Origin: Carcharhinus amblyrhynchos
Taxonomy: Eukaryota
Direction: 5' to 3'
DNA length: 64,000 nucleotides
Assembly: GCA_965287045.1 (NCBI GenBank)
Contig: OZ336872.1
Span: 136,152,001-136,216,000 of the forward strand
The stretch's first letter is position 1. Each line of letters starts with the position of its first letter. The position numbers and the translations under genes were made by a program. Positions 26,101 through 41,100 of the stretch are shown here, in pieces. The notes below the pieces were generated by a model that searched no databases, was not told the origin of the DNA, and was given only the letters and a program-made list of their open reading frames with translations.

Positions 26101-29100
26101 GCCATTCAATAAGATCATGGCTGATCTGTCGTGGCTCAGTTCCACTTTCCCGCCCTCTCCCCATAACCCTTAATCCCCTCTCTTATCAAAAACCCATCAA
26201 CCCGCGTCTTAAAAATATTTAGCGAGGCAGCCTCCACCACTTCAACGGGCAGAACAAATCAAGTCAACTTTCCACACTCACCCAATGTGGAAAAAGGAAC
26301 AGGACAACATGTTATGAGGAGAGACAAGAAACACCAAAGCTAAAACCAGTGCTGGCCACAGAGGGGGTGTTCCCTCTGTCTGGCAAATCTCAAACACAGG
26401 AACACAATCTTAGGGTAAGGTGTCAATCATTTTGGATTGTAATGAGAAGAAATTATCTTACTCTTGGAATTGTGAATCTTGCAATTCTCCATCCAAGAAT
26501 GCTGTGGGCTTGCTATCGTTCAGTATACCTCAGGCCGACATAAAAGAAATTTGGAAATCTCAGGGAATCCAGGGAACCGTGGAGCAGCTTGGAAAGTAGA
26601 GCTGAGGCTGAAGATCAGCCATGATCACATGCAATGGACTAGCCGGATCAAGGGGCTGCACAGTCTGCTCCTGCTCCAATTGCTTAAGATCTCATCTTCA
26701 TCAACGTTTAAGTCACATACCCAATGAATCACAATATACATCAGAAAACTAGACATGTCTACAAACCTCCACAACATCCAGTATGAAAGGAGATGTCATC
26801 CACAGCAATGTCACTGCGATAGTCATTGCCCCGGACTGCTTCAATGAGGATCTGTAAGAGAAAGCATCAAAATATCAGCACGCAGCAGATAGCAACAGCA
26901 AGTCAAACAAAACAATTTCAGATCTCCTTTTCAGTAACACTGGGGAACAGGGTAAATAATCAATTCATTATTTTCTTGATACAACCACAGTTATCTCCTC
27001 TGATTTAAAATTAACAAGTTCAACTTTATTTGAAGATATAGAATCTTTATTGGATTTCCGGCTGTTGTTGCAAATTGCCCGAGTTCATCACATAACAAAC
27101 ACCAAAAACAATCACACAAATATTTTTCAGATAGTTTACCTGAGAATTTCCTGAGAGCTGCAGGCCCACTTCTCCTGCGATCCATTTGTTTCCCTTATTT
27201 CCTGTCTTTGACCACATTAGTGCTGGTATCCCTTCTTCAACCTGGTAAACTTTCAAAGCCATGCTATGAGCCACTCCATACATGTGGTACCAGAATCGCA
27301 AGCACTGAGCTCCTGTCATTTTGCATGGAGAACTGACCAGTTGCGCTCTGTCTCCTTCACGGCCGTCATTTCCTTCAATGTAGATGTAGTAACCACCTGG
27401 ACACACAATTATGCTCACTGGTTAGAAACAAATCTTCTGCTCTTCCAAGCCCTACTGGTAAGATAAGCACCTCACATTGCCTACCTGCAGTGGTGTGGTC
27501 ATAAGACGGGCCTGTGTGACTTGACGGTGTCGAACCACTGATGCGTTTCCAGTCCAAATTATCTGTTTTGGATTGAGTCCAATTGCACAGACCAACATCA
27601 AAATTACAGTCCAATGCACAACCTGTGGGTTTCATACACAACAGTTATTTGCACCTTTAATACCCGCAGCGTTAACCAGAAATCAAAACAGGTAAAACCA
27701 TCGCAAGGAAGTTCCATAGGAATCACAATCATCTCGACTGGAAACAGTTTCAAAGTTCTCCACACTTCCTTTCAAAGAATATCCAGGCCAATATGACAGA
27801 GCAAATCAATGACAGAATTATTCAATTCATGCAAGAAAAGGCAGAACATCTTACATTCCTTATAACTGACATACTGGGTGTTGCGGCTCTGCCCACTGCA
27901 CTTTGGTGATGAGATTCCTGTGTTGGAAATCATGTATATTCAATCACCAAATACAGTGCGCTAGGAGGATTTGGTAGCTTTTCATTGGGCATTATGTGAA
28001 TAGTCAAATAGACTTCCATTTTTATGAGTTACCCTGCCTCTGCAAAATTAACAAGTAGCCTCAGTAGCCCAGAAGAATTAGTCCTTTCTGTTGCAGATCC
28101 ACACTACAACCATTCAGCACGAGATTGACTGAATCCTCCGTTCTCGTCCTAATGATGTTCCAGAAACATCACCCAAACGTACTCCAGGGATCACGTTTCA
28201 ATTGATGACCAGAAATGAACAAATATTTAAGAATTACTATTTCAAAAGAACCTGTGCTGAATATATATAAAAGAATGGTAAAAAGTGATGACCTCAACAT
28301 CAACAGAATAAGTCAACTATTCATGGACGTAGCTAATTATTAACAATGGGAATGTGTTTGGAAGGGAAATTGTGACTTATCCATATTACTCATTAGGAGT
28401 CACAGAATCACAGAGGTTTACAGCATGGAAACAGGCACTTCGGCCCAACTTGTCCATGCCGCCCTTTTGTTCAAACCCCTAAGCTAGTTCCAATTTCCCG
28501 CATTTGGCCCATATCCCTCTGTATCCATCTTACCCATGTAATGCTTTTTAAAAGGAAGCCTGAGAAATACAATAGTGGAAAAGAACAAGTCAAGATACGT
28601 GATATCAAACTTACTTTTCTCAACACAGCCACTCTGTTCCATCCAGTCTCCCAGAACAACACCAACTGCTTCACAGGCTGAAGCATATGATGCCAGAGCA
28701 TTGCACAGCAGCGCAGAATCTCCTCCAGTAGCACAGTGGTCATACACACAACTTTCAAAGTACAACTGAGGAGGAATATACCAGTGACAATCTTTGAAAG
28801 GGCCACTGTTTGCCAAAATAATTTTGCAGTATTCCTCAGCCTCTTCATTTGATGATGGCTCACAGGTGGGTGGTGGTAGAATGGTTTCATTACACCTGTG
28901 CAAGGAAAATCAAGTATAATTTCTGTCCTCAAGAAAGAAAGCTCTCATTTTAATTCATCATCCTCAAACGTCAATGGATAGGGATAGGTGCTGTCAAAAT
29001 AGCTCCCTCACAATACATCCAAAGGCATGATGTTCTTCGATGATGCCTCTGTGATATTTCAATGTCATATATGTCAATAACAATACTGGAAAATTGGTTT

Positions 29101-32100
29101 CAAGTATTCACTGCAAACCACAGTGATTGAACACGACCAACAGCACATGCTCATGTGGACACTTACAGGAAATCCCGGACTTGCCATCGTGCAAATTAGT
29201 TGTTTTTACATCAATCGACTACTCCGCTTACTCTACTTACTGCCATAGCTCCCAACTCTGTGCAAAGGTCTTGCGAGTTACACTGCATTTACCTTAATTC
29301 ACAATACGGTGCAGGAAATACTCACAGCCAGTCATCATCAGGAACTCTCCAGCTGTTTCCAAACTGATTGGAATCCAGGGCTAAAGTTCCATCAGGCTTC
29401 AAGAAGTCATCGAGCTGGTCATCAGTATAGGTACCACACAAGCCACACAGCTGTCCTCTGTATCTCTCATCCACCTTGACAAACAGTTCGGCATCGCCAT
29501 TAAACTTCAGCTGAAGACCAAAGTCTGTCTGGACCGTGACAAATGATCCCTCCATTGATACTCTTACTGAAGAGTGGAGATTCACAGGGAGCTCAACCCT
29601 CACCCCATTCACCTAAACAAAACATTACCAAGATTAGTGATACGACAGTAACAAAGACAGGAACTACATTACATTCAACATTATATTCATTCAGAAAACA
29701 CCATCGATCAGAGGCATTACTCACATAAACAAGCTTATTTTTCCTCACAGCAATATGAAGGTCGTCAAGTCGCAAAGCAATGGAATTAATAGCAGACCAC
29801 GTTGGGCTGCCTCTGTGTTCATTTCTACTTGTCACAGAAAACTGAACGGGTGTGTTTCCACAAGTCTCAGTCACGGTATAATTGCAGGCACCCTGGAAGT
29901 GGTACAGTTTCCTGTCAAATGTCGTGTAGTGTGGGTCTCCGTAAATGTGGCAGGTTGCAGTCTCTGCTCGATAACATCCCAAATTTCCATCCTGCACTTT
30001 GCAAATTTCCTCTGCTCCACAAGATGCTGCTTCGCACGAGACCTGGTCATTTCCAGTGCACCGGCAACGCTTTAGACATCCCTCTTCCCAGAACATGGTC
30101 CCTTTCTGACAGACAAAGACTAAGTGTTATTTTCAAAATTGCTACATACTCCTCAGGTAAGCAGAAAGACGCACACACAAGGATCGAATGGCACCAAAAC
30201 CACTGCCCGTACAACTTACTTCATAGTATTTGTTGTTGTAGACGCAGCCACAGTTCTCAACAGGCACACAGGAGCTTCCACTGAGAACAGTACCCATGTT
30301 ACATTCACAGTCCTCCACACAGGGCTTGCTGCAGTTTTCCGGAGCAAAACGGTCTGAGCATGTGGCTGGACAAGCACTGCCACACGCATTGTAGTGGCTA
30401 TTAACTGGACAGCTGACAGCTGAAAGCAAAGAAGGTACAAGAAAAGCTTTCAGGTTTCTGAGACTAGAAAATGCTTTCAATTATGAGACAACTCAGAAGG
30501 AAGGAAAACACACACACACACGCACACACACTCTTATTGAATTCAACTGGATCAAAAGAATGGAAAATAGAAAAGCAAGCACATAAACAAATTGAATTAA
30601 AAGAACTGGACAGCAAGTCTGTAACAAAATGAACAATATAACGCAATATCACAAAAACAGTGACTTTCTCAGGCACATGAAGGAAATATTAAAGCTAAAA
30701 CAACAGGAGATAGCAAATACATACGACAGAAAGTGAAGTTTCTCCACGATGGAATGGTCACTCCTGCACTTTGACACGCTTCTGCATAGATTTGGAGGGC
30801 ATTGCACAGAGCATTTTGGCTTCCTGCCAACAGGCACAGTTCGACAACACAACTTTCAAAGTAACCAGTGGGATTTATTACAGAGTGGCACTTTACAAAT
30901 GGACCTTCTTGGCTGGTCATCAGGCCACAGAAATCATCGCTCTGGTACAGCTTCTCATCAGCAGGCGGACATTCCTCAGGGCTGCCTGGGTCACAACCTG
31001 GATCATCTGGTGGCACCTTCCAGCTATTTCCCAACTCATTCGAATCTTTGGCTTGCTCTCCATCAGGTTTCATGTAATCATCCTGCCTCAATCCATTGTA
31101 GTTACCGCACATACCACAAGTCTGATTAAAATAACTACTCGGTACTTTCACTTCCACCGAATGATCAGTGTCATAGGAAACACTAAGCCCAAAGTCTGCC
31201 ACCAGGACCACGTATCTTCCACTCCTACTCACACTCACGGTGCCATTCACTAGTGTCACTGGTAACGTCCTCCAAACTTCGTCAACCTGAGTGCAAGTTC
31301 CAATTGAGGAATGATTCAGAACAAATTCAGTTCAAAATGCAGAATTTCACAAAACACAACCTAGCAATAAGACACTTACCAATACACGATGCGACTCACT
31401 CTTAACGATCCAAACAGTGTGGCCATGAACAGCTACTCGAACTTTTTGAACGTAAGACACTTTCGCATTGCCCCGATTTTCATTTTTCGCTTCGATGTCG
31501 AAGTATGGAAGAGATGAGGAATTTGTGCAAAGCTTGGCGATCGTATAGGTGCACGTCCCCATGAAGTGATGGGTCGCTTTGTCAAACGTATTGTAGTGTG
31601 GGTCATTATGAACTCTGCAGATGCCATATGCATGTGGGTAGCAACCTGGAACTCCGTTTGCAACTCCGCAGAATGAATCCGTAGCACACCCTGAACTCCA
31701 GCACATTAGTTTACTGCCCTTCGAAGGACATCGACATTTCATTGAACATGTATCATCCGTCCAGAATTCAGATCCCACCGGGTAGTGTTTGTCTTCAGAC
31801 CAACAGCCACACTGACTACTTGGCACACATCGGTCGTTGTAGAAAATATAACCACTGTCACACACACAGCCTTCTACACATGGCTGGGAGCAGCTGGAAG
31901 GAGCATTGGGATTGACACATGTAGCTGGACAGGCTGAGCCACACTGCTCATAGTGACTATTCACTGCACACTTCAAAGCTAGAAACGGAATTCCAAAGAT
32001 CACGCATTAATGACCTTGCCATTAAATCCCTGCCGTATAACATGAAATCCCAAATGGTTCAAACGGATCTCCACTAAGTACAATTTATATATCGAGCAAT

Positions 32101-35100
32101 AAAGAATCAAATCACTTACGGCAGAAGGTCTCATTCCTCCAAGCTTCCACTCTCACTCCCTTCGACTGGCATGTATCTGCATAGGACTGCAAACTACTGC
32201 ACAGAGACCCCGTATGCAAGTCTAATGCACACAGATCATACACACAGCCCCCAAAATAATCCATGGGGTCTACAACAGAATGGCATGCCTTGAAGGGACC
32301 ACGTGAATCCACGATTATTCCACAGTAAGATTTACTTTCTATGATGTGCTTTTCATCATCAGTACAATTTGGTTCAATGCCAATGTCAGGAACACACCTG
32401 CAAAAACAGCAGCATCACCAATGAGAAATGGTTAAAGCTATAAATTTCTGCAAGTAAATGCCACCAAAAGCCTGCATTGATGAAGGAACAAAAGCAACCT
32501 GAACACTTTCATACAATGTACCTTGTATCATTGTGGGTTTGCCAGCTGTTTCCCAAGCTGATGGAATCGGGCTCCATCACTCCATCTGGATTGAGGAAAT
32601 CGTCTGTTCTGTCGTCGTTATAGTTCCCGCACATTCCACACACTTTCCCCTTGAAGACACTGCCAAGAGTTACCTCTGCTCGATGCATCCCATCAAACCT
32701 CACCCTCAGTCCAAAATTGGTACTAACAACTACATACTTTCCACTTAGGCCAACATCAACACCAGAAGCCAGTGACACAGGCAGCACCTCCACTTCTCCA
32801 TCGACCTGGAGAGACACAAACATTGATCCACCCATTCTTCAAAAAAATGACCGTTCAACGTACTTGATAAAGAGATGAAAATATATCAAACTCTTACCTT
32901 GACCACGTGTCCCTTCTCTAATGTTATTCTGTGACTGTAGACATTGACGTTGACATGTTTGACGTACGATACATAGGAATTCCCTGATCTGTGCTCATTT
33001 GCAGCTTCAACATTGAAATAGGGCAGATTACTGCTGGCGTCACAGAGTTTTGATAATGTATATGTGCATGTTCCCATGAAGTTGTGAGCTTGTTTGTCAA
33101 AGGTGTTGTAATGAGGATCACCTTGTACAGTGCAGGATGATTCTAAGAATTGTAAAACAAAGATCAATTGGTGGTACCACTGTACATCCAAGACTAAATT
33201 CAATTCTTTTACACTCCACCTCACTGCTCTTTACTTTTTCCACATGTTGACTACATTGTGACTGCTATCTTTTACTGACAAGATATTGTTGTCACTCGCT
33301 CACATCATTAAATCACTCAACTCCTTCTAAATGATTCCATCCTGCCAGGACTTATGCTTCTGTCATGAGCATTTCCCCATCCATTTCAGGCAACACAATC
33401 CTGAAAGGCTGGATTCCTCCTGCTGCTCCTTCAGTTTGTGCCATGTAACAGGTCCACTGTTAAATGTACTAAACCTGCTTGATAACTGAAAAGCTCTTTG
33501 AGCAGATAAACAAGTGATACTCACAAGAGCACAGTCCAGCAACAACATCTACTAGACCATCCAAACATACTCATATCACACCAAATCTTCCATAAAGTCA
33601 ATTTCAGTTAATAACCACAATTGGGACATTTGGCAAAATCTTTTGTTCTCCCTGCTGACAAGCTTAGAGGCAGGAAGGCATTGAAGTAAACGGTTTTGTG
33701 GAGTATCGCAACCCTACTACCATCCCGCCTGCGTCAGAATTAATTTCTGGTGACAAGACCCATTATCATTTCTAAAAAGTGGAATGGCATCTGTGATATT
33801 CCGATTCAATTAATCAAAACTGATTAATTGGTCAATACAAATATAGGATGGGTGAAAAAGTAGCCGTCTCTAATTGTCTACCACCAACTCAAAGTAAATG
33901 AGACTTGAATAAGAATAGCACAATCAATATCCCACATCACATGTCGGCTGTTTTCGTCTACCTGTTGTGTCAGGAGTCATGGTGCTGGTTGTAGTTGGAG
34001 TGCTCATTGTGGCTGTTGTATCACACATGTCTGCAGAGAAAACATGGTTAAAAAGTCAGAAGAAGCTCCATGTTGCAAACATAAGAACGTAAGAACATAA
34101 GAAATAGGAGCAGGAGTAGGCCATCTAGCCCTTCGAGCCTGCCCCGCCATTCAATAAGATCATGGCTGATCTGTCGTGGCTCAGTTCCACTTTCCCGCCC
34201 TCTCCCCATAACCCTTAATCCCCTCTCTTATCAAAAACCCATCAACCCGCGTCTTAAAAATATTTTAGCGAGGCAGCCTCCACCACTTCAACGGGCAGAA
34301 ACAAATCAAAGTCCTTCCACACTCACCCAATGTGGAAAAAGGAACAGGACAACATGTTATGAGGAGAGACAAGAAACACCAAAGCTAAAACCAGTGCTGG
34401 CCACAGAGGGGGTGTTCCCTCTGTCTGGCAAATCTCAAACACAGGAACACAATCTTAGGGTAAGGTGTCAATCATTTTGGATTGTAATGAGAAGAAATTA
34501 TCTTACTCTTGGAATTGTGAATCTTGCAATTCTCCATCCAAGAATGCTGTGGGCTTGCTATCGTTCAGTATACCTCAGGCCGACATAAAAGAAATTTGGA
34601 AATCTCAGGGAATCCAGGGAACCGTGGAGCAGCTTGGAAAGTAGAGCTGAGGCTGAAGATCAGCCATGATCACATGCAATGGACTAGCCGGATCAAGGGG
34701 CTGCACAGTCTGCTCCTGCTCCAATTGCTTAAGATCTCATCTTCATCAACGTTTAAGTCACATACCCAATGAATCACAATATACATCAGAAAACTAGACA
34801 TGTCTACAAACCTCCACAACATCCAGTATGAAAGGAGATGTCATCCACAGCAATGTCACTGCGATAGTCATTGCCCCGGACTGCTTCAATGAGGATCTGT
34901 AAGAGAAAGCATCAAAATATCAGCACGCAGCAGATAGCAACAGCAAGTCAAACAAAACAATTTCAGATCTCCTTTTCAGTAACACTGGGGAACAGGGTAA
35001 ATAATCAATTCATTATTTTCTTGATACAACCACAGTTATCTCCTCTGATTTAAAATTAACAAGTTCAACTTTATTTGAAGATATAGAATCTTTATTGGAT

Positions 35101-38100
35101 TTCCGGCTGTTGTTGCAAATTGCCCGAGTTCATCACATAACAAACACCAAAAACAATCACACAAATATTTTTCAGATAGTTTACCTGAGAATTTCCTGAG
35201 AGCTGCAGGCCCACTTCTCCTGCGATCCATTTGTTTCCCTTATTTCCTGTCTTTGACCACATTAGTGCTGGTATCCCTTCTTCAACCTGGTAAACTTTCA
35301 AAGCCATGCTATGAGCCACTCCATACATGTGGTACCAGAATCGCAAGCACTGAGCTCCTGTCATTTTGCATGGAGAACTGACCAGTTGCGCTCTGTCTCC
35401 TTCACGGCCGTCATTTCCTTCAATGTAGATGTAGTAACCACCTGGACACACAATTATGCTCACTGGTTAGAAACAAATCTTCTGCTCTTCCAAGCCCTAC
35501 TGGTAAGATAAGCACCTCACATTGCCTACCTGCAGTGGTGTGGTCATAAGACGGGCCTGTGTGACTTGACGGTGTCGAACCACTGATGCGTTTCCAGTCC
35601 AAATTATCTGTTTTGGATTGAGTCCAATTGCACAGACCAACATCAAAATTACAGTCCAATGCACAACCTGTGGGTTTCATACACAACAGTTATTTGCACC
35701 TTTAATACCCGCAGCGTTAACCAGAAATCAAAACAGGTAAAACCATCGCAAGGAAGTTCCATAGGAATCACAATCATCTCGACTGGAAACAGTTTCAAAG
35801 TTCTCCACACTTCCTTTCAAAGAATATCCAGGCCAATATGACAGAGCAAATCAATGACAGAATTATTCAATTCATGCAAGAAAAGGCAGAACATCTTACA
35901 TTCCTTATAACTGACATACTGGGTGTTGCGGCTCTGCCCACTGCACTTTGGTGATGAGATTCCTGTGTTGGAAATCATGTATATTCAATCACCAAATACA
36001 GTGCGCTAGGAGGATTTGGTAGCTTTTCATTGGGCATTATGTGAATAGTCAAATAGACTTCCATTTTTATGAGTTACCCTGCCTCTGCAAAATTAACAAG
36101 TAGCCTCAGTAGCCCAGAAGAATTAGTCCTTTCTGTTGCAGATCCACACTACAACCATTCAGCACGAGATTGACTGAATCCTCCGTTCTCGTCCTAATGA
36201 TGTTCCAGAAACATCACCCAAACGTACTCCAGGGATCACGTTTCAATTGATGACCAGAAATGAACAAATATTTAAGAATTACTATTTCAAAAGAACCTGT
36301 GCTGAATATATATAAAAGAATGGTAAAAAGTGATGACCTCAACATCAACAGAATAAGTCAACTATTCATGGACGTAGCTAATTATTAACAATGGGAATGT
36401 GNNNNNNNNNNNNNNNNNNNNNNNNNNNNNNNNNNNNNNNNNNNNNNNNNNNNNNNNNNNNNNNNNNNNNNNNNNNNNNNNNNNNNNNNNNNNNNNNNNN
36501 NATGAGCCACTCCATACATGTGGTACCAGAATCGCAAGCACTGAGCTCCTGTCATTTTGCATGGAGAACTGACCAGTTGCGCTCTGTCTCCTTCACGGCC
36601 GTCATTTCCTTCAATGTAGATGTAGTAACCACCTGGACACACAATTATGCTCACTGGTTAGAAACAAATCTTCTGCTCTTCCAAGCCCTACTGGTAAGAT
36701 AAGCACCTCACATTGCCTACCTGCAGTGGTGTGGTCATAAGACGGGCCTGTGTGACTTGACGGTGTCGAACCACTGATGCGTTTCCAGTCCAAATTATCT
36801 GTTTTGGATTGAGTCCAATTGCACAGACCAACATCAAAATTACAGTCCAATGCACAACCTGTGGGTTTCATACACAACAGTTATTTGCACCTTTAATACC
36901 CGCAGCGTTAACCAGAAATCAAAACAGGTAAAACCATCGCAAGGAAGTTCCATAGGAATCACAATCATCTCGACTGGAAACAGTTTCAAAGTTCTCCACA
37001 CTTCCTTTCGAAGAATATCCAGGCCAATATGACAGAGCAAATCAATGACAGAATTATTCAATTCATGCAAGAAAAGGCAGAACATCTTACATTCCTTATA
37101 ACTGACATACTGGGTGTTGCGGCTCTGCCCACTGCACTTTGGTGATGAGATTCCTGTGTTGGAAATCATGTATATTCAATCACCAAATACAGTGCGCTAG
37201 GAGGATTTGGTAGCTTTTCATTGGGCATTATGTGAATAGTCAAATAGACTTCCATTTTTATGAGTTACCCTGCCTCTGCAAAATTAACAAGTAGCCTCAG
37301 TAGCCCAGAAGAATTAGTCCTTTCTGTTGCAGATCCACACTACAACCATTCAGCACGAGATTGACTGAATCCTCCGTTCTCGTCCTAATGATGTTCCAGA
37401 AACATCACCCAAACGTACTCCAGGGATCACGTTTCAATTGATGACCAGAAATGAACAAATATTTAAGAATTACTATTTCAAAAGAACCTGTGCTGAATAT
37501 ATATAAAAGAATGGTAAAAAGTGATGACCTCAACATCAACAGAATAAGTCAACTATTCATGGACGTAGCTAATTATTAACAATGGGAATGTGTTTGGAAG
37601 GGAAATTGTGACTTATCCATATTACTCATTAGGAGTCACAGAATCACAGAGGTTTACAGCATGGAAACAGGCACTTCGGCCCAACTTGTCCATGCCGCCC
37701 TTTTGTTCAAACCCCTAAGCTAGTTCCAATTTCCCGCATTTGGCCCATATCCCTCTGTATCCATCTTACCCATGTAATGCTTTTTAAAAGGAAGCCTGAG
37801 AAATACAATAGTGGAAAAGAACAAGTCAAGATACGTGATATCAAACTTACTTTTCTCAACACAGCCACTCTGTTCCATCCAGTCTCCCAGAACAACACCA
37901 ACTGCTTCACAGGCTGAAGCATATGATGCCAGAGCATTGCACAGCAGCGCAGAATCTCCTCCAGTAGCACAGTGGTCATACACACAACTTTCAAAGTACA
38001 ACTGAGGAGGAATATACCAGTGACAATCTTTGAAAGGGCCACTGTTTGCCAAAATAATTTTGCAGTATTCCTCAGCCTCTTCATTTGATGATGGCTCACA

Positions 38101-41100
38101 GGTGGGTGGTGGTAGAATGGTTTCATTACACCTGTGCAAGGAAAATCAAGTATAATTTCTGTCCTCAAGAAAGAAAGCTCTCATTTTAATTCATCATCCT
38201 CAAACGTCAATGGATAGGGATAGGTGCTGTCAAAATAGCTCCCTCACAATACATCCAAAGGCATGATGTTCTTCGATGATGCCTCTGTGATATTTCAATG
38301 TCATATATGTCAATAACAATACTGGAAAATTGGTTTCAAGTATTCACTGCAAACCACAGTGATTGAACACGACCAACAGCACATGCTCATGTGGACACTT
38401 ACAGGAAATCCCGGACTTGCCATCGTGCAAATTAGTTGTTTTTACATCAATCGACTACTCCGCTTACTCTACTTACTGCCATAGCTCCCAACTCTGTGCA
38501 AAGGTCTTGCGAGTTACACTGCATTTACCTTAATTCACAATACGGTGCAGGAAATACTCACAGCCAGTCATCATCAGGAACTCTCCAGCTGTTTCCAAAC
38601 TGATTGGAATCCAGGGCTAAAGTTCCATCAGGCTTCAAGAAGTCATCGAGCTGGTCATCAGTATAGGTACCACACAAGCCACACAGCTGTCCTCTGTATC
38701 TCTCATCCACCTTGACAAACAGTTCGGCATCGCCATTAAACTTCAGCTGAAGACCAAAGTCTGTCTGGACCGTGACAAATGATCCCTCCATTGATACTCT
38801 TACTGAAGAGTGGAGATTCACAGGGAGCTCAACCCTCACCCCATTCACCTAAACAAAACATTACCAAGATTAGTGATACGACAGTAACAAAGACAGGAAC
38901 TACATTACATTCAACATTATATTCATTCAGAAAACACCATCGATCAGAGGCATTACTCACATAAACAAGCTTATTTTTCCTCACAGCAATATGAAGGTCG
39001 TCAAGTCGCAAAGCAATGGAATTAATAGCAGACCACGTTGGGCTGCCTCTGTGTTCATTTCTACTTGTCACAGAAAACTGAACGGGTGTGTTTCCACAAG
39101 TCTCAGTCACGGTATAATTGCAGGCACCCTGGAAGTGGTACAGTTTCCTGTCAAATGTCGTGTAGTGTGGGTCTCCGTAAATGTGGCAGGTTGCAGTCTC
39201 TGCTCGATAACATCCCAAATTTCCATCCTGCACTTTGCAAATTTCCTCTGCTCCACAAGATGCTGCTTCGCACGAGACCTGGTCATTTCCAGTGCACCGG
39301 CAACGCTTTAGACATCCCTCTTCCCAGAACATGGTCCCTTTCTGACAGACAAAGACTAAGTGTTATTTTCAAAATTGCTACATACTCCTCAGGTAAGCAG
39401 AAAGACGCACACACAAGGATCGAATGGCACCAAAACCACTGCCCGTACAACTTACTTCATAGTATTTGTTGTTGTAGACGCAGCCACAGTTCTCAACAGG
39501 CACACAGGAGCTTCCACTGAGAACAGTACCCATGTTACATTCACAGTCCTCCACACAGGGCTTGCTGCAGTTTTCCGGAGCAAAACGGTCTGAGCATGTG
39601 GCTGGACAAGCACTGCCACACGCATTGTAGTGGCTATTAACTGGACAGCTGACAGCTGAAAGCAAAGAAGGTACAAGAAAAGCTTTCAGGTTTCTGAGAC
39701 TAGAAAATGCTTTCAATTATGAGACAACTCAGAAGGAAGGAAAACACACACACACACGCACACACACTCTTATTGAATTCAACTGGATCAAAAGAATGGA
39801 AAATAGAAAAGCAAGCACATAAACAAATTGAATTAAAAGAACTGGACAGCAAGTCTGTAACAAAATGAACAATATAACGCAATATCACAAAAACAGTGAC
39901 TTTCTCAGGCACATGAAGGAAATATTAAAGCTAAAACAACAGGAGATAGCAAATACATACGACAGAAAGTGAAGTTTCTCCACGATGGAATGGTCACTCC
40001 TGCACTTTGACACGCTTCTGCATAGATTTGGAGGGCATTGCACAGAGCATTTTGGCTTCCTGCCAACAGGCACAGTTCGACAACACAACTTTCAAAGTAA
40101 CCAGTGGGATTTATTACAGAGTGGCACTTTACAAATGGACCTTCTTGGCTGGTCATCAGGCCACAGAAATCATCGCTCTGGTACAGCTTCTCATCAGCAG
40201 GCGGACATTCCTCAGGGCTGCCTGGGTCACAACCTGGATCATCTGGTGGCACCTTCCAGCTATTTCCCAACTCATTCGAATCTTTGGCTTGCTCTCCATC
40301 AGGTTTCATGTAATCATCCTGCCTCAATCCATTGTAGTTACCGCACATACCACAAGTCTGATTAAAATAACTACTCGGTACTTTCACTTCCACCGAATGA
40401 TCAGTGTCATAGGAAACACTAAGCCCAAAGTCTGCCACCAGGACCACGTATCTTCCACTCCTACTCACACTCACGGTGCCATTCACTACTGTCACTGGTA
40501 ACGTCCTCCAAACTTCGTCAACCTGAGTGCAAGTTCCAATTGAGGAATGATTCAGAACAAATTCAGTTCAAAATGCAGAATTTCACAAAACACAACCTAG
40601 CAATAAGACACTTACCAATACACGATGCGACTCACTCTTAACGATCCAAACAGTGTGGCCATGAACAGCTACTCGAACTTTTTGAACGTAAGACACTTTC
40701 GCATTGCCCCGATTTTCATTTTTCGCTTCGATGTCGAAGTATGGAAGAGATGAGGAATTTGTGCAAAGCTTGGCGATCGTATAGGTGCACGTCCCCATGA
40801 AGTGATGGGTCGCTTTGTCAAACGTATTGTAGTGTGGGTCATTATGAACTCTGCAGATGCCATATGCATGTGGGTAGCAACCTGGAACTCCGTTTGCAAC
40901 TCCGCAGAATGAATCCGTAGCACACCCTGAACTCCAGCACATTAGTTTACTGCCCTTCGAAGGACATCGACATTTCATTGAACATGTATCATCCGTCCAG
41001 AATTCAGATCCCACCGGGTAGTGTTTGTCTTCAGACCAACAGCCACACTGACTACTTGGCACACATCGGTCGTTGTAGAAAATATAACCACTGTCACACA

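Noticed and set aside
34261-34320. Cluster of net-zero indels (+T, +A, +A, -3) unique to one unit at the CR1 insert junction
   Set aside because: Mostly homopolymer-length changes about 2 kb from a contig end; most likely a consensus error, needs read inspection.
36502-36858. Extra partial MAM duplication (9,236-bp unit)
   Set aside because: Explained by overlapping contig ends around a placeholder 100-N gap.
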